From Lingula anatina (lineage: Eukaryota; Animalia; Brachiopoda): 64,000 nt of DNA. The notes below the pieces were generated by a model that made no database searches, was not told where the DNA came from, and worked only from the letters and a program-made list of their open reading frames with translations. The stretch lies in assembly GCA_051362555.1 (NCBI GenBank), contig CM120641.1, forward strand, positions 124,001-188,000, written 5' to 3'. Below, in pieces: positions 39,227-50,955 of this stretch (within the stretch, counting starts at the first letter, position 1; each line of letters starts with the position of its first letter). The translations under genes and the position numbers were made by a program.

Positions 39227-41644
39227 AGACTTCAAGTGTAATATTGCATTATCGTAGATATGTTTTTGTCCTTATACAGTCGGAGAATAGCTGTAAAGCT
39301 AATGTTTCCATTCAATTTGTAACCGACATGAAATAAAATTTATTGTATTGTATTGTATTGTAACCACTGTTGCTTTGCAAACACACAAAAAAAATCTTCC
39401 AACAGTTGCCGTATACTCTATTCTTACGGTTACCATATTGCCAACATTGCAAAGATGAAATAGGAATTGAGGTGGAAACAATGGTTTCTTATCAAGAAAT
39501 CTAAACAAGAGAAGGTTCGTAGTATGATATGCGTCTTAGTCATCAGTTAATCATCTTAATTATCTTACAAATAATATTACTACTACCTGATTCAATTACT
39601 CGCAAAGAGAACGTTATAAGTACACAACGTCGGATACACACTGAAGTTGCTATGGCGACTGTAGTCAACGTCACTTAGCATTGTTACGTACAAGACACGA
39701 CATCCCCCATAAGTGACTCGCATCTATAGGATGTTATCTATTTCATTTGATAAAACAAAACTTTGAAAAAGAAAATTTACAACAATTTCGTATTTAACGC
39801 AAATAATTTTACTTATTATTTCAAAAATCGTTCTTTTTTTGCGTTTTGATAATTTTTCATTGTTATACAGTTTCGCGGTATGGTGTTCGTCTGTGAAGTA
39901 ATAAAAAGCCTGCTTCCCTTGCAGTTGCACCAACACCCTCGTCTAATTTTCTGTGGATCTATGGCCATCATTTGAACAATTCAATCAATTCTAGTCGACA
40001 ATATAAGAAAGGATAAAGGGAGAATCCTTACAAACTAGCGAGAATCCGATAAATGCTACTTTGCCAGTTTAAAACAGCATAACATATGGCGTATATGTAT
40101 AACATTTTTATTCGATACAAAAAGACCAGTACGAATGAAACTGGTCACCTGGTGATGTACAATTAACTGACACTTGTTAAATTTATCTATAAGCAACAGT
40201 TTGCAGGGACGCATACTACATGAGCAGGCAGAATTTAGTGCACTTTTCTGAACCTGGAGGTAGGGTTAATCAAACATGGCTAATCTCAAAACTGTTCCCA
40301 ACTTTAAAGTACAAGTGGACTCGTATTTTGATGCGGTCTCGTGTTGAGCAGTCTTTTTTTTTCTGACGCCTTTATAACAACGTTGTCAGCCATGGAGATA
40401 AACCCAGCCTAAACACTCTATCAGCCAACATAACATGAATCAGAACTGAAAATCGTAAGTGATCAAAGAAAGAATGCCAAAGATTTTGCTACATAACGAT
40501 GACACATTCAGCTGATATGTAATCAAACGTTTACCAAGGCATTAAGGCGGGTGTCTAGGTCGATAGGAAGTTTTATTTTTCTGTGAGGACAACACTGACA
40601 CTGCACCTCCAGATTAACTAGTAGAAGCATAGACTGTGCAGAAACAACTGAAATATTTTAAAAAGAACTTTGGAACTCTGATATAAAATCTGCCCATAAC
40701 ATTCCTACAAAAATACTTCATTTTGTGCCAGAATATGGAGACAATGTCAGCCAGCAAGTCTTTCTTGGCACATAGTTGACTTTATTCCTCTTGAGTGACA
40801 CATCCAGTATTTAGGGGCGAGCAGCTCCAGACCAAGGCAGGCACTGACTACAATCCACGTAGTTCTCTTAGTTATAGATTAAATAAATAGTGTTTCAAAT
40901 CATATTTATGGTTTACTATCTACAGCTACTACTGGAATGGCTAAATTAACAAGGTGCAGTCTATTCATCTTAATTATAAATTAATCTATAAACAAATAAA
41001 TAAATTCAAATGTAATAAAAAAGAATTCTATTAGATTCTCCAGTAGCTGAGTTGGGACATACAATGCCAATATCACAGCCATCCAAGTCCTTTCTGATGA
41101 ACGTATCTCAATATGATATACTCCTAGCATTTCAGTATCATGGATGTCCAAGTTGTACATATATCCTTCCTAACTAAGCTTTTATCAGTGATATTATGTT
41201 GAATGTTTTTGTACAAGATTGCAATAATTACCACTGTTCAAAGTCCCAACACACCATCAGATATATTAAATATTGTAACAGTACAGCTTGGTAACAATGC
41301 TCTTAGTGCATTTAAACCCTTTTTTGTTAATTCTACCATAATAAATCTTTGCCTTTGTACTGGTACAGGCTGTTCAGGTTTCCTTACATTATTTCATCCT
41401 GTATTTCACGTTAAAAAAAAATCTCCATTGCTGTGTTCAGTTTACATAGCAGTTGTAAATGTTGCCCCATCATATTTTCTATTTCCTATGGGCAATAAGT
41501 ATTTTTCCTTCCAATCAGAGCCTTCTTTTTGCAGTGAACACTCTGCAATAGGCCTGACCTGAAAGAGAACCCCCCCCCCCCCCCAAATGTCTTCAGTTAC
41601 AATGTCTTAGTCATTTGTCCAGTGCTAATGCTTAATGTGATGAC

Positions 41645-43783
41645 CTAATTGATGTACTGTGCTAACCAGCGGAAACCCTCTCCGTACCCCTGTCTCTTTA
41701 GCACACTGCACATGAACAGTTCCATGGGACGCCCTGGTAACTCACTTCTTGCCACCTGACGCTGAAACAAGTACAGATCCCATTAAGTTCACAGTATAAA
41801 ACTGCCACGCAACTTCTGGCAAGTTCTCACAATAAGACTGCCAACCTGTACCATTTTTACTGATTATCTCAACTAGATTTTAAACAATGCTTGTTAAAGC
41901 CTTGTCATAAAAACATTTACAAATGATTTCTACTACTAGTTTCTTCTTGAATTGTTGCTTTCAGTTTTAAATATATCAACCTCCAATGCAAGGGACAAAT
42001 CAACAGTTATCAAAACATGATATAAAACAAGCAAAATGTTTACATTTCTATGGACTGACTTATCTACAATACCAAGAGCATACTAAAGAGTTGGGCATAC
42101 CTTTCCTGTAGTCATACCATGTAGTCCAAACCAGGCCCTAATATCATCCTCACTAGCAGCACCAGGGCGGTCTATTTTGTTGCCTAGAATTAACACTGGC
42201 GCATTGGCCACTTGTTCATCTGTCAACAGACTCTGGAACCAAAGTCATTGCTATCATTTTACCTCTGAGTCAGTCAAATTAAAGGTGCAGAGGTTTCAAT
42301 GTGAATTTTTTTCCAAACTGCACTTGAGTTTTATACACTCCTAAAACACATTTTTATTTATTGAAACTGATTGCAAAGAAAATTTGACATAAAATTTACT
42401 TACTTATTTACAATAAATGAAAAATTTAATTCCTTTTACCCACTTCTAATTCTGCTTTGGCTTCAGGAAATCTCTCTCTGTCAAAAGCATCTATCAAAAA
42501 CACTATTCCATCTACAGCTGGAAAGTATGTCTTCCAAACTCTTCTTGCTATAAGAGGAAAGTAAATATATATTTCACAACTATATGAGGAGATGAGAGTA
42601 AAACCACAGCAACTAGATCACCTTTAAAATGCATAAAGCATGTGTTACCCATACATATGTGCCATGTGTTATCCAAACATATGTGCCATGTGTAACCCAT
42701 ACATATATACCATGTGTTATCCATACATATATACCATGTGTTACCCATACATATGTGCCATGTGTTATCCATACATATGTGCCATATGTAACCCATACAT
42801 ATATACCATGTGTTATCCATACATATATACCATGTGTTATCCATACATATATACCATGTGTTACCCATACATATGTGCCATGTGTTATCCATACATGTGT
42901 GCCATGTGTTATCCATATACATATACCATGTGTTACCCATACATATATACCATGTGTAACCATTTCATTTAAAACCGCAGCAACTAGATCACCTTTAAAA
43001 TGCATAAAGCATGTGTTACCCATACATATGTGCCATGTGTTATCCAAACATATGTGCCATGTGTAACCCATACATATATACCATGTGTTATCCATACATA
43101 TATACCATGTGTTACCCATACATATGTGCCATGTGTTATCCATACATATATACCATGTGTTATCCATACATATATACCATGTGTTACCCATACATATGTG
43201 CCATGTGTTATCCATACATGTGTCATGTGTAACCCATACATATGTGCCATGTGTTATCCATACATATGTGCCATGTGTTTTCCATACATATATACCATGT
43301 GTTACCCATACATATGTGCCATGTGTTACCCATACATATGTGCCATGTGTTACCCATACATATGTGCCATGTGTTACCCATACATATGTGCCATGTGTAA
43401 CCCATACATATATACCATGTGTTATCCATACATATGTGCCATGTGTTATCCATACATATGTGCCATGTGTTATCCATATACATATACCATGCGTTACCCA
43501 TACATATATACCATGTGTAACCATTTCATTTACCATGTGTTACCCACACATATAGCATATGTTACAGAAAAGGCAAGTTGAAAGTACAAGTACCTTGTTT
43601 GTGTCCACCAAGGTCAAATGTTGTAAATTTCATTCCTCCCATAGACAGCTCCTCAGATGCTGCAATATAAATTTAGAAAGCATTTTAATTCATTGAAATG
43701 TATGTATCAATGTTAACTAATGACCTCTGCCCTTATTAAAATACATACTTAAATTACATAATCAATATTTTAGTTATGTATGA

Positions 43784-43831
<48 letters not shown>

Positions 43832-46368
43832 GAGGGAGAGAGAGAAAAACAGAGAGAGAGAGAGATTTTACATCAATATTATTTTATTTAGAGAGTAAAT
43901 ATGCATGTCAGTAAATATACAAAATCAAAACTTTGCAAGGCTAATAAGCAAATGTGCTTGTCTGCAGTTTGGTAACAATCTTTTAACTTCACTCCAAAAT
44001 CAAGCCAATCCACAACTGGCAACAAGCAAGCTTTACTACAGGACTTGGATATAATGTGGTGACAGGACTTACTTGGATATAATGTGGTGACAGGACTTAC
44101 TTGGATATAATGTGGTGTCTAGACTTGGATATAATGTGGTGTCAGAACTTACTTGGATATAATGTGGTGTCAGGACTTACTTGGACATAATGTGCTTACT
44201 TGGTTATAATGTGGTGTCTAGACTTGGATATAATGTGGTGACAGGACTTACTTGGATATAATGTGGTGTCAGGACTTACTTGGATATAATGTGGTATCTA
44301 GACTTACTTGGATATAATGTGGTGACAGGACTTACTTGGATATAATGTGGTGTCAGACTTACTTGGATATAATGTGGTGTCAGGACTTACTTGGATATAA
44401 TGTGGTGACAGGACTTACTTGGATATAATGTGGTGTCAGGACTTACTTGGATATAATGTGGTGTCAGGACTTACTTCCAAGGATATAATGTGGTATCTAG
44501 ACTTACTTGGATATAATGTGGTGACAGGACTTACTTGGATATAATGTGGTGTCAGACTTACTTGGATATAATGTGGTGACAGGACTTACTTGGATATAAT
44601 GTGGTGTCAGACTTACTTGGATATAATGTGGTGACAGGACTTACTTGGATATAATGTGGTGTCAGGACTTACTTGGATATAATGTGGTGTCAGGACTTAC
44701 TTGGATATAATGTGGTGTCAGGACTTACTTGGATATAATGTGGTGTCAGGACTTACTTGGATATAATGTGCTTACTTGGATATAATGTGGTATCTAGACT
44801 TACTTGGATATAATGTGGTGACAGGACTTACTTGGACATAATGTGGTGTCAGAACTTACTTGGATATAATGTGGTGTCAGGACTTACTTGGACATAATGT
44901 GCTTACTTGGATATAATGTGGTATCTAGACTTACTTGGATATAATGTGGTGTCAGACTTACTTGGATGTAATGTGGTGACAGGACTTACTTGGATATAAT
45001 GTGGTGTCAGGACTTACTTGGATATAATGTGGTGTCAGGACTTACTTGGATATAATGTGGTGTCAGGACTTACTTCCAAGGATATAATGTGGTGTCAGAA
45101 CTTACTTGGATATAATGTGGGTACATGCTGTGCAAGCCTGTCATCTTTCAACATGTGAAGCAGTGTGGTCTTGCCTGCATTGTCCAAGCCAAGGAACACT
45201 AGCTTTCCAGATTTCTTATACAAACCTGAAACAATAAAACAACACAAACTTGGTAGAGTAGCATGCAGGTTATGTGCAGTGTTAACAGGCAAGGCAGGGA
45301 TAACATCCACACTGCTGGGATAACATCCACACTGCTCTGCCATCAAACAGGAAATACTGCTGTGCAGATGTCTTTGAAAATCACCAATTTGTAACCAAAA
45401 CATTTTTTTTCAATATAATATAATATTAACATGTCATATGTCATTATTTTCAAAAATTCATCTTTTTTATCTTCTTTTTAAGGGAAGAGGGGCACGTTTG
45501 TTTTTAAACATCTGAACAGTACTGAATTTCATGTTGCATTCAGTATTTCTCCATACTGTTCTTCTACAACTATGCATACAACTATGCAATAATCTACATA
45601 TATATACACCTATGCACAGAAGCAAAAATGCCTCGCATATAATTTTCAATTTTGTTTCCCTTGAACACACCCACAGATATCTTTATATATAAAACTAACA
45701 CAGGTGAGGGGATGTTTTATCTGAATGCATGGTGTATGCAAGATGCAAAATGGAAATAATCTGCAAACCAGCAAGACAACCACACCCAGGACATGCCTCA
45801 TATAAGGTCACTGTAATCTCATGACATGCCACACAAGGTCACTGTGACCTCATGACGTACCACATACTTACTTGGGTGCAGAGTTGGCACTGGCTGGGAT
45901 AAATGACCAGCTTTAAGCATACTTAATAAGGTGGTTTTACCAGCATTGTCCAGACCCAAAAATATCAACTTGCCCGATTTCCTTCTCAAACCTATTGTAC
46001 CAATGTCTGTGTTAAAATCAGAGTAATTTCTGTGGCTGCTTACCAATCTTCTCTATATCAACAGAATGGCTGGACCACCCCATTCATTATTATTGATGAC
46101 ACTTGTCTAAATCTTTTCTTATTCTGTGAATGTTTCTTAATTAAAAGAAACAATGAAAAACTGAGATAAAAAATATGAGATAAACAAATGAGAGAGTTCA
46201 CAAAATCAAAACCAAACAGAAATAAATTACCAAAAGAGAAATGTCAGCAATATTTCATCCTATTCCATAATTTCAGATATATTTACTGACAAGTTTTTTA
46301 CAATAATATATAAGGTATCACTTACCTAAAAAGTTGAGCATACCGGTAAGCCAGTCCCATAAAAACAT
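41645..46368 (-). CDS. SAR1: SAR1 COPII small GTPase; exons 46326-46368, [45872-45991 or 45106-45225], 43594-43659, 42444-42547, 42101-42232, 41645-41761
   Basis: [74 protein letters not shown]; all junctions GT-AG and in phase. Confidence 0.97.
42640..43545. repeat. 22-bp minisatellite with a higher-order ~370-bp duplication in SAR1 intron
   Basis: Unit ccatacatat(at/gt)(a/g)ccatgtgtta(c/t); spacer cagcaactagatcacctttaaaatgcataaagc repeated at ~42607 and ~42978. Confidence 0.95.
44043..45120 (-). repeat. ~28-bp tandem repeat (~38 units) of SAR1 exon-2B end plus donor
   Basis: Minus-strand unit CCACATTATATCCAA|GTAAGTCCTG(T/A)CA is the last 15 nt of exon 2B plus the first intron bases. Confidence 0.93.
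45872..45991 (-). CDS. SAR1: SAR1 alternative (duplicated) P-loop/switch-I exon 2A
   Basis: 120 nt, same length and phase as 45106-45225; [40 protein letters not shown]; flanked by AG and GTAAGT. Confidence 0.85.
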
Positions 46369-46629
46369 TTTGGTGGATTTGTGTGAACTCAACTAGAATA
46401 TAATAACACATGTAGTGACACTCTCAGCAAAGAAAAAAGAACTTCCAAATGGTTCATATCATTGAAATAACTATGTTTTTAACATTTTTCTACAAGAGAT
46501 GTTAGGTTGTTAGGTTACTTACTGTAGGTTATAACTTATAATATAATAGTAGTGAAGGGGTAAAATTCTTAAATTAATAGGAATTTCCTGTTCAGAAACA
46601 TTTCATACAAAATATAAAACTGCTTTCAA

Positions 46630-48035
46630 AACTAGAGGATCAGAGAGGCGATACCGCCTCCGGATATTGTACCACCAGCTGGAGTAAGCGCATTCGGATG
46701 GGTAGTGATTTTCTAGACAATAGGCCTATTGGTTTTCCTTGAAATGTGTTATCAGTGTTGCATATATGCTGACAAAAGAGGAAACCTATGGGCAACACTG
46801 GGCATATCTCTGCTAGTTTTGAAGATATGAGGGGCAAGAAAATATTCAAAGTTCAGTTCATGGTGAACAGTAGGTCAAAGGTCAATTTCAAGGTCACAGT
46901 TTATGACTGCCTATTCAAGTTCAAAAGTAACTATGGGCATTTCTTTGCCAAGTTTGGAGATATATAGGCCAGAAAACATGCAAAGTACAGTTCATCATAA
47001 AAAGTAGGTCAAAGGCCAATTTCAGGATCACAGTTAGATAGCCAGTATATGACTTCCTATTGAAGTTCAATAGTAACTATCTTTGCCAGTTTAAGAGATA
47101 TAAGGGCTGGAAATTTTAGTCCATGGTGAAAAGTAGGTCAGAGGCCAATTTCAAGGTCACAGTTAAATTACAAGTATATGTCTTCCCATTCAAGTTCAAT
47201 AGTAACTATGGGCGTATCTCTGCTAAATTTGTAGTATTTCACATTTTATTTTCACCACTAAATATTGGATGTTGAACTTTTATATATAGTGCAATGCCTA
47301 AGCTGTATCGAAAACAAAACACAGACACCACCTCCAGTGTTGCGCTTGACAAGCTCTCCAAAATGCAAAAAACAAGAGGTCTCTATCATTAACAGTTCCA
47401 GAATTGGAGACAGTTTTCAGTGTCGGCATCTAATGGCCGCTACTCCCGTGAAAATGCACCAATTGACCTCAAACTCACGAAGATGAAAGAAGACCCTTAG
47501 GGTAACACCTGTCCATAATATTATAAGTTAGATCTGTAAAATTTCTGAAAATCGGCATAAAATATTAAATTTTTTGCAAAAAATTCCCATTTTTAGAAAA
47601 TTTTGGCCCGTTTGACCTTGAAATAAAGGTCAAAGGTCAAATCCAAGGCCATATTTGAAATCTCCACATATGACTTTCGGTCAGCCATCTATAGAAATTT
47701 TTCCCATAATTCCTACGGTATGGGAGATATTTAGCATTGAATTTCCAAAAATTTTGACAAGGGTGCCTTTCGACGAGTGTCATGCCAAGGGCAATGCACC
47801 GACTGAGACAAAAATACCCAGGGGTTCAAGTTGAGATTATACGTGACTTAAATCCAAGAGATGGGCACACAGGCCCATGCAGTCTAGGAGGAGAAGCGGT
47901 AACGGTGACTTGTATCCCACGACACCCTGCGGAGCCAACGGAGCTTACGGAGCCGGCGGAGCCGGCGGAGCCGTACGAGACGGGTCGGGACTAAAACCAT
48001 GAGTACCGCCAGCGTAGACGCTGGTGGTACTAACT
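46630..48035. mobile_element. One or two HINE/Helentron-like non-autonomous elements in the SAR1 5' intron
   Basis: ~135-bp tandem units (aagtaggtcaaagg.caatttcaaggtcacag), terminal hairpin gtaccgccagcgt-a-gacgctggtggtac (48003-48030); related fragment at ~60000-60190. Confidence 0.55.
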
Positions 48036-48269
48036 AGCTTACATGGGCAAAGCTGAAAAACATTTTCATTCATGAATGAGAAAGAATTTCAATTTGCGAC
48101 AAATTTCCTGTGTTTAAACGGAACATCAAAGTTTACAAAGACGAATGACTAAGTCCCACGAACAGAACTTTCATCACAAGTCATAAAAGGCTTAGCCAAC
48201 CACAGTTTTAAAGTGAATACCTAAATAAACACAATAATGAAATCTTATTTCTTCATTTAAATTTACGTA

Positions 48270-48528
48270 CTTAGAAAATTTCGATCGTCAAATAACGAAG
48301 GACTGTTTGACAATATTCCAGTGTGTCACTTACCCAAATGCAAAGTACACTACCACGAAGCAATATGGCTACGTCGCTTGCTATAACCGGAAGTAAAAAT
48401 TATTTGCGACATGGATTCTGATTGGATAAGATGTGACACATCTAGACCATTCTGCCAATTAAAATATATCTGTTATACGACAAAGGAAGTTTACAGTGCA
48501 CATGCGCACGGCTGCTGAAAGGAGGGCA
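48270..48528. promoter_or_regulatory. Probable bidirectional SAR1/MRPS24 promoter
   Basis: ETS motif ACCGGAAGT 48386-48394, CCAAT box (ctgattgg) ~48418, NRF1-like catgcgca ~48501; candidate minus-strand donor near 48270. Confidence 0.55.
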
Positions 48529-50033
48529 ATGTTGGTGAGAGGAAATTACGAGTAGCCTTTTAGTGTGGCTACGGGATGTTAGACATGCGAGGCTCATTAC
48601 TATTTGCTTGACACAATAAAATAATCATCCGTGCCAAAACGTATTAGTCATAATAACATAAATAATAATATATATGGGTAGGGCTGTTTAAAGTTGGCTA
48701 ATGAAGGCATTATAACATTATATGATTATAACATTTTAACAGGGCGATAATAACATGATATATGGAACTTATAAGCTGGCTAATAGGATGTTGGAGTCAA
48801 ATGCATAAATGTAGAGGTCTCCACTTTGTTTTATTCGTAATGCACCAAATTATTCAATTGTCCAGTGAAAGATGTTTTATTTTTTTCGTACATATTTTCC
48901 TTTTACGAATAGAATTAGAATTCATCAGTAGACAAACAGAATATATTTCTCCTGCAAACATTTATTAACATACCATTTCCAATCATTTTCAGACTAACTC
49001 AGTATTGTTAGCAGTGTTACAGCGTACTTGTAACACGTGCCCAGTGCGAGGGATTAAAACCAGTGCTGTGTATCTGAAGAACAGGAGGGCTGCAATCCCC
49101 AAGAGATCGGCAGCGGGGAACTATGGTATTCTGTATGAAAAGGCCACTGCCCCTCACCATCTGGGAGTTAGGAAAGGATGGCTAACATGGAATACTAGTA
49201 AGTTCATGCTGTGGTATTTATGAATCTTGGATTTTATTCTGAAATTGCAGCCGAAATGGAGGTGGAGCAGAACAGGAGCTGGAGCCATGCACAATTCTTG
49301 CAGGGTTCACACAGATTTGAAAAGTGGTTAAAAGGCTGTGTGTCTTTCTTTTAGTTTGTGACCTTGTTAAGAATTTTTATCAGACTTGAAAAAGGTTTAC
49401 ATTCTGTCATTTGGTCCTGGAGTCTAAGAGAATTATTCTTTTATCCCTAAGCACTTTGTTAAAAAATCACAAATCTTGTAGTTTAAACCTGAATGTAAAT
49501 AATTTGCAGAAGGAAAGAATACCCCTTTTTGGACATCATTGTATTTGATTCTTAACATGTTCTACAGTAGTTCATAAATAGTGTTCCTTGCAATTTTTAG
49601 AGTAAGGACAATATTAATGTCATTCCTGTTGATAGGACATCTGTAGTTTTTAATTCTTTGATATTATCACATGATTACATATCCTAATATTTTTTGTGTT
49701 AATTTGTGTTTATTATCTTTAAGTGAGTGTTTTGAATGGTCTTATAATCCAGGTAATCTTTATGGAGAATCCAGATCCTCAGAAACTGCATTGGAAGATG
49801 CTTACATCAGAAAGCTTTTAAGTGAATTGATGGGAGTAAATGACTACATAATAAAAAGGAAATACAATGTGATCACTGTATCAGCTGCAATTCCACCAAG
49901 GAAAGGATACAACCTCCTTTTTTTTCAAATTGGATTTGCTGAAGAATTCTTAACCACAGTCTTACAGTGTCCAGTGAAAGTGGATTTCATTGTTCGAGGA
50001 ACGGAGGACCTTCCAGTATTGCGATATATTTGA
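48529..50033 (+). CDS. MRPS24: Mitochondrial ribosomal protein S24 (uS3m); exons 48529-48534 (tentative), 48993-49197, 49753-50033
   Basis: IKTSAVYLKNRRAA..YEKATAPHHLGVRKGWLTWNTSNLYGE..EDAYIRK..IIKRKYN..FQIGFAEEFL..CPVK..YI parallels the MRPS24 family motifs. Confidence 0.88.
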
Positions 50034-50764
50034 CACATTTGGTGTATGGATAGCCCTTTAAGTTTTCCAATTCCAAATCAGGTTACAGGAGGAAATGGTA
50101 TTAGTTCTGTAATTCTGTTAAAATTGTCCTCACAATTAGTTTGTTGACTCTTTATTTGAGAAAGAACAGTAAGAGAAGAAGAAAAACACAAAACTAAGTT
50201 TTCTTATGACAGACTTTAATGTCCATAAAAATCTTGGTATGAAGTTTCTTCTTTAAAGCACAGGGTCCTCGACTTCAAATTTACAACCATCGGTATAGTT
50301 CAACAACTTTCATGCACCACTGTTTGAATAGGAAATAAATAGAAATGCGCTACATTAAACACACTAGTTTCTCAGAGAGAAACTATTGTTAAAAAGAATT
50401 CCAATTTATATTACAAGTACTTTCTACTGCATGCATTATGATTGCATTATTCTCCTTTGCAAGTTTATATTTAAGTATACCACACAGTGTCAACAATCAA
50501 GAAGGGGAATTTTCACCCTATTTGAAGCTTACTAAATGTCAGTTCTGAAGCAAACAGGCAGGTTCTGGTCAATATTTCATGGTTAATTCATTTTTATGTA
50601 TATATACAAAATGGACATGCATCTCTGTCCATCCATCACAGATACTACTTCAATCAATGTAGCTTATCACACCATCACACTAGATTTCATGCCAGGAACT
50701 TGTTAATCAGATCCTAGGTAGTGATTTTTCTGCAGTATATCATTGGACCATGCATCTTTAACCC

Positions 50765-50800
<36 letters not shown>

Positions 50801-50955
50801 CATTTTGGCAGTTTTAAATGACCAAATCACTGTAGAAACTTTGCCTGCTTTGTAAACAACATGTGGTCACCTGTCCCAGCAGAACTGCTTTAAAATGACA
50901 CTTTTCTTGGGAAATTGTCCCAAGTGGAGTACAGTAAAGTCCTATTGTTGATTGT

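Larger units (their letters stand above)
33920..39362 (+). mobile_element. Apparently full-length CR1/L2-group non-LTR retrotransposon (LINE); 5' boundary uncertain
   Basis: Two intact ORFs, 3' UTR, AATAAA at 39332 and (TATTG)n microsatellite tail 39341-39362. Confidence 0.92.

Noticed and set aside
33660-39380. Target-site duplication for the LINE
   Set aside because: Only loose similarity (ttgctgctttg vs ctgttgctttg; tattgt-like sequence near 33660); no exact TSD could be fixed, so the 5' end remains approximate.
42548-43581. Multiple repetitive ORFs (THGIYVW.., MCYPYI..) and a possible junction origin of this array
   Set aside because: 22-bp minisatellite open in many frames; the unit does not match either flanking SAR1 exon end, so it was not counted as a splice-junction array.
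44043-45120. CRISPR-like appearance of regular ~28-bp repeats
   Set aside because: No unique spacers, no cas genes and a eukaryotic intron context; the unit derives from the exon end.
47782-47994. 70-aa ORF with EPAEPA repeat
   Set aside because: Lies within a non-autonomous repeat element that also occurs degenerately at ~60000-60190.
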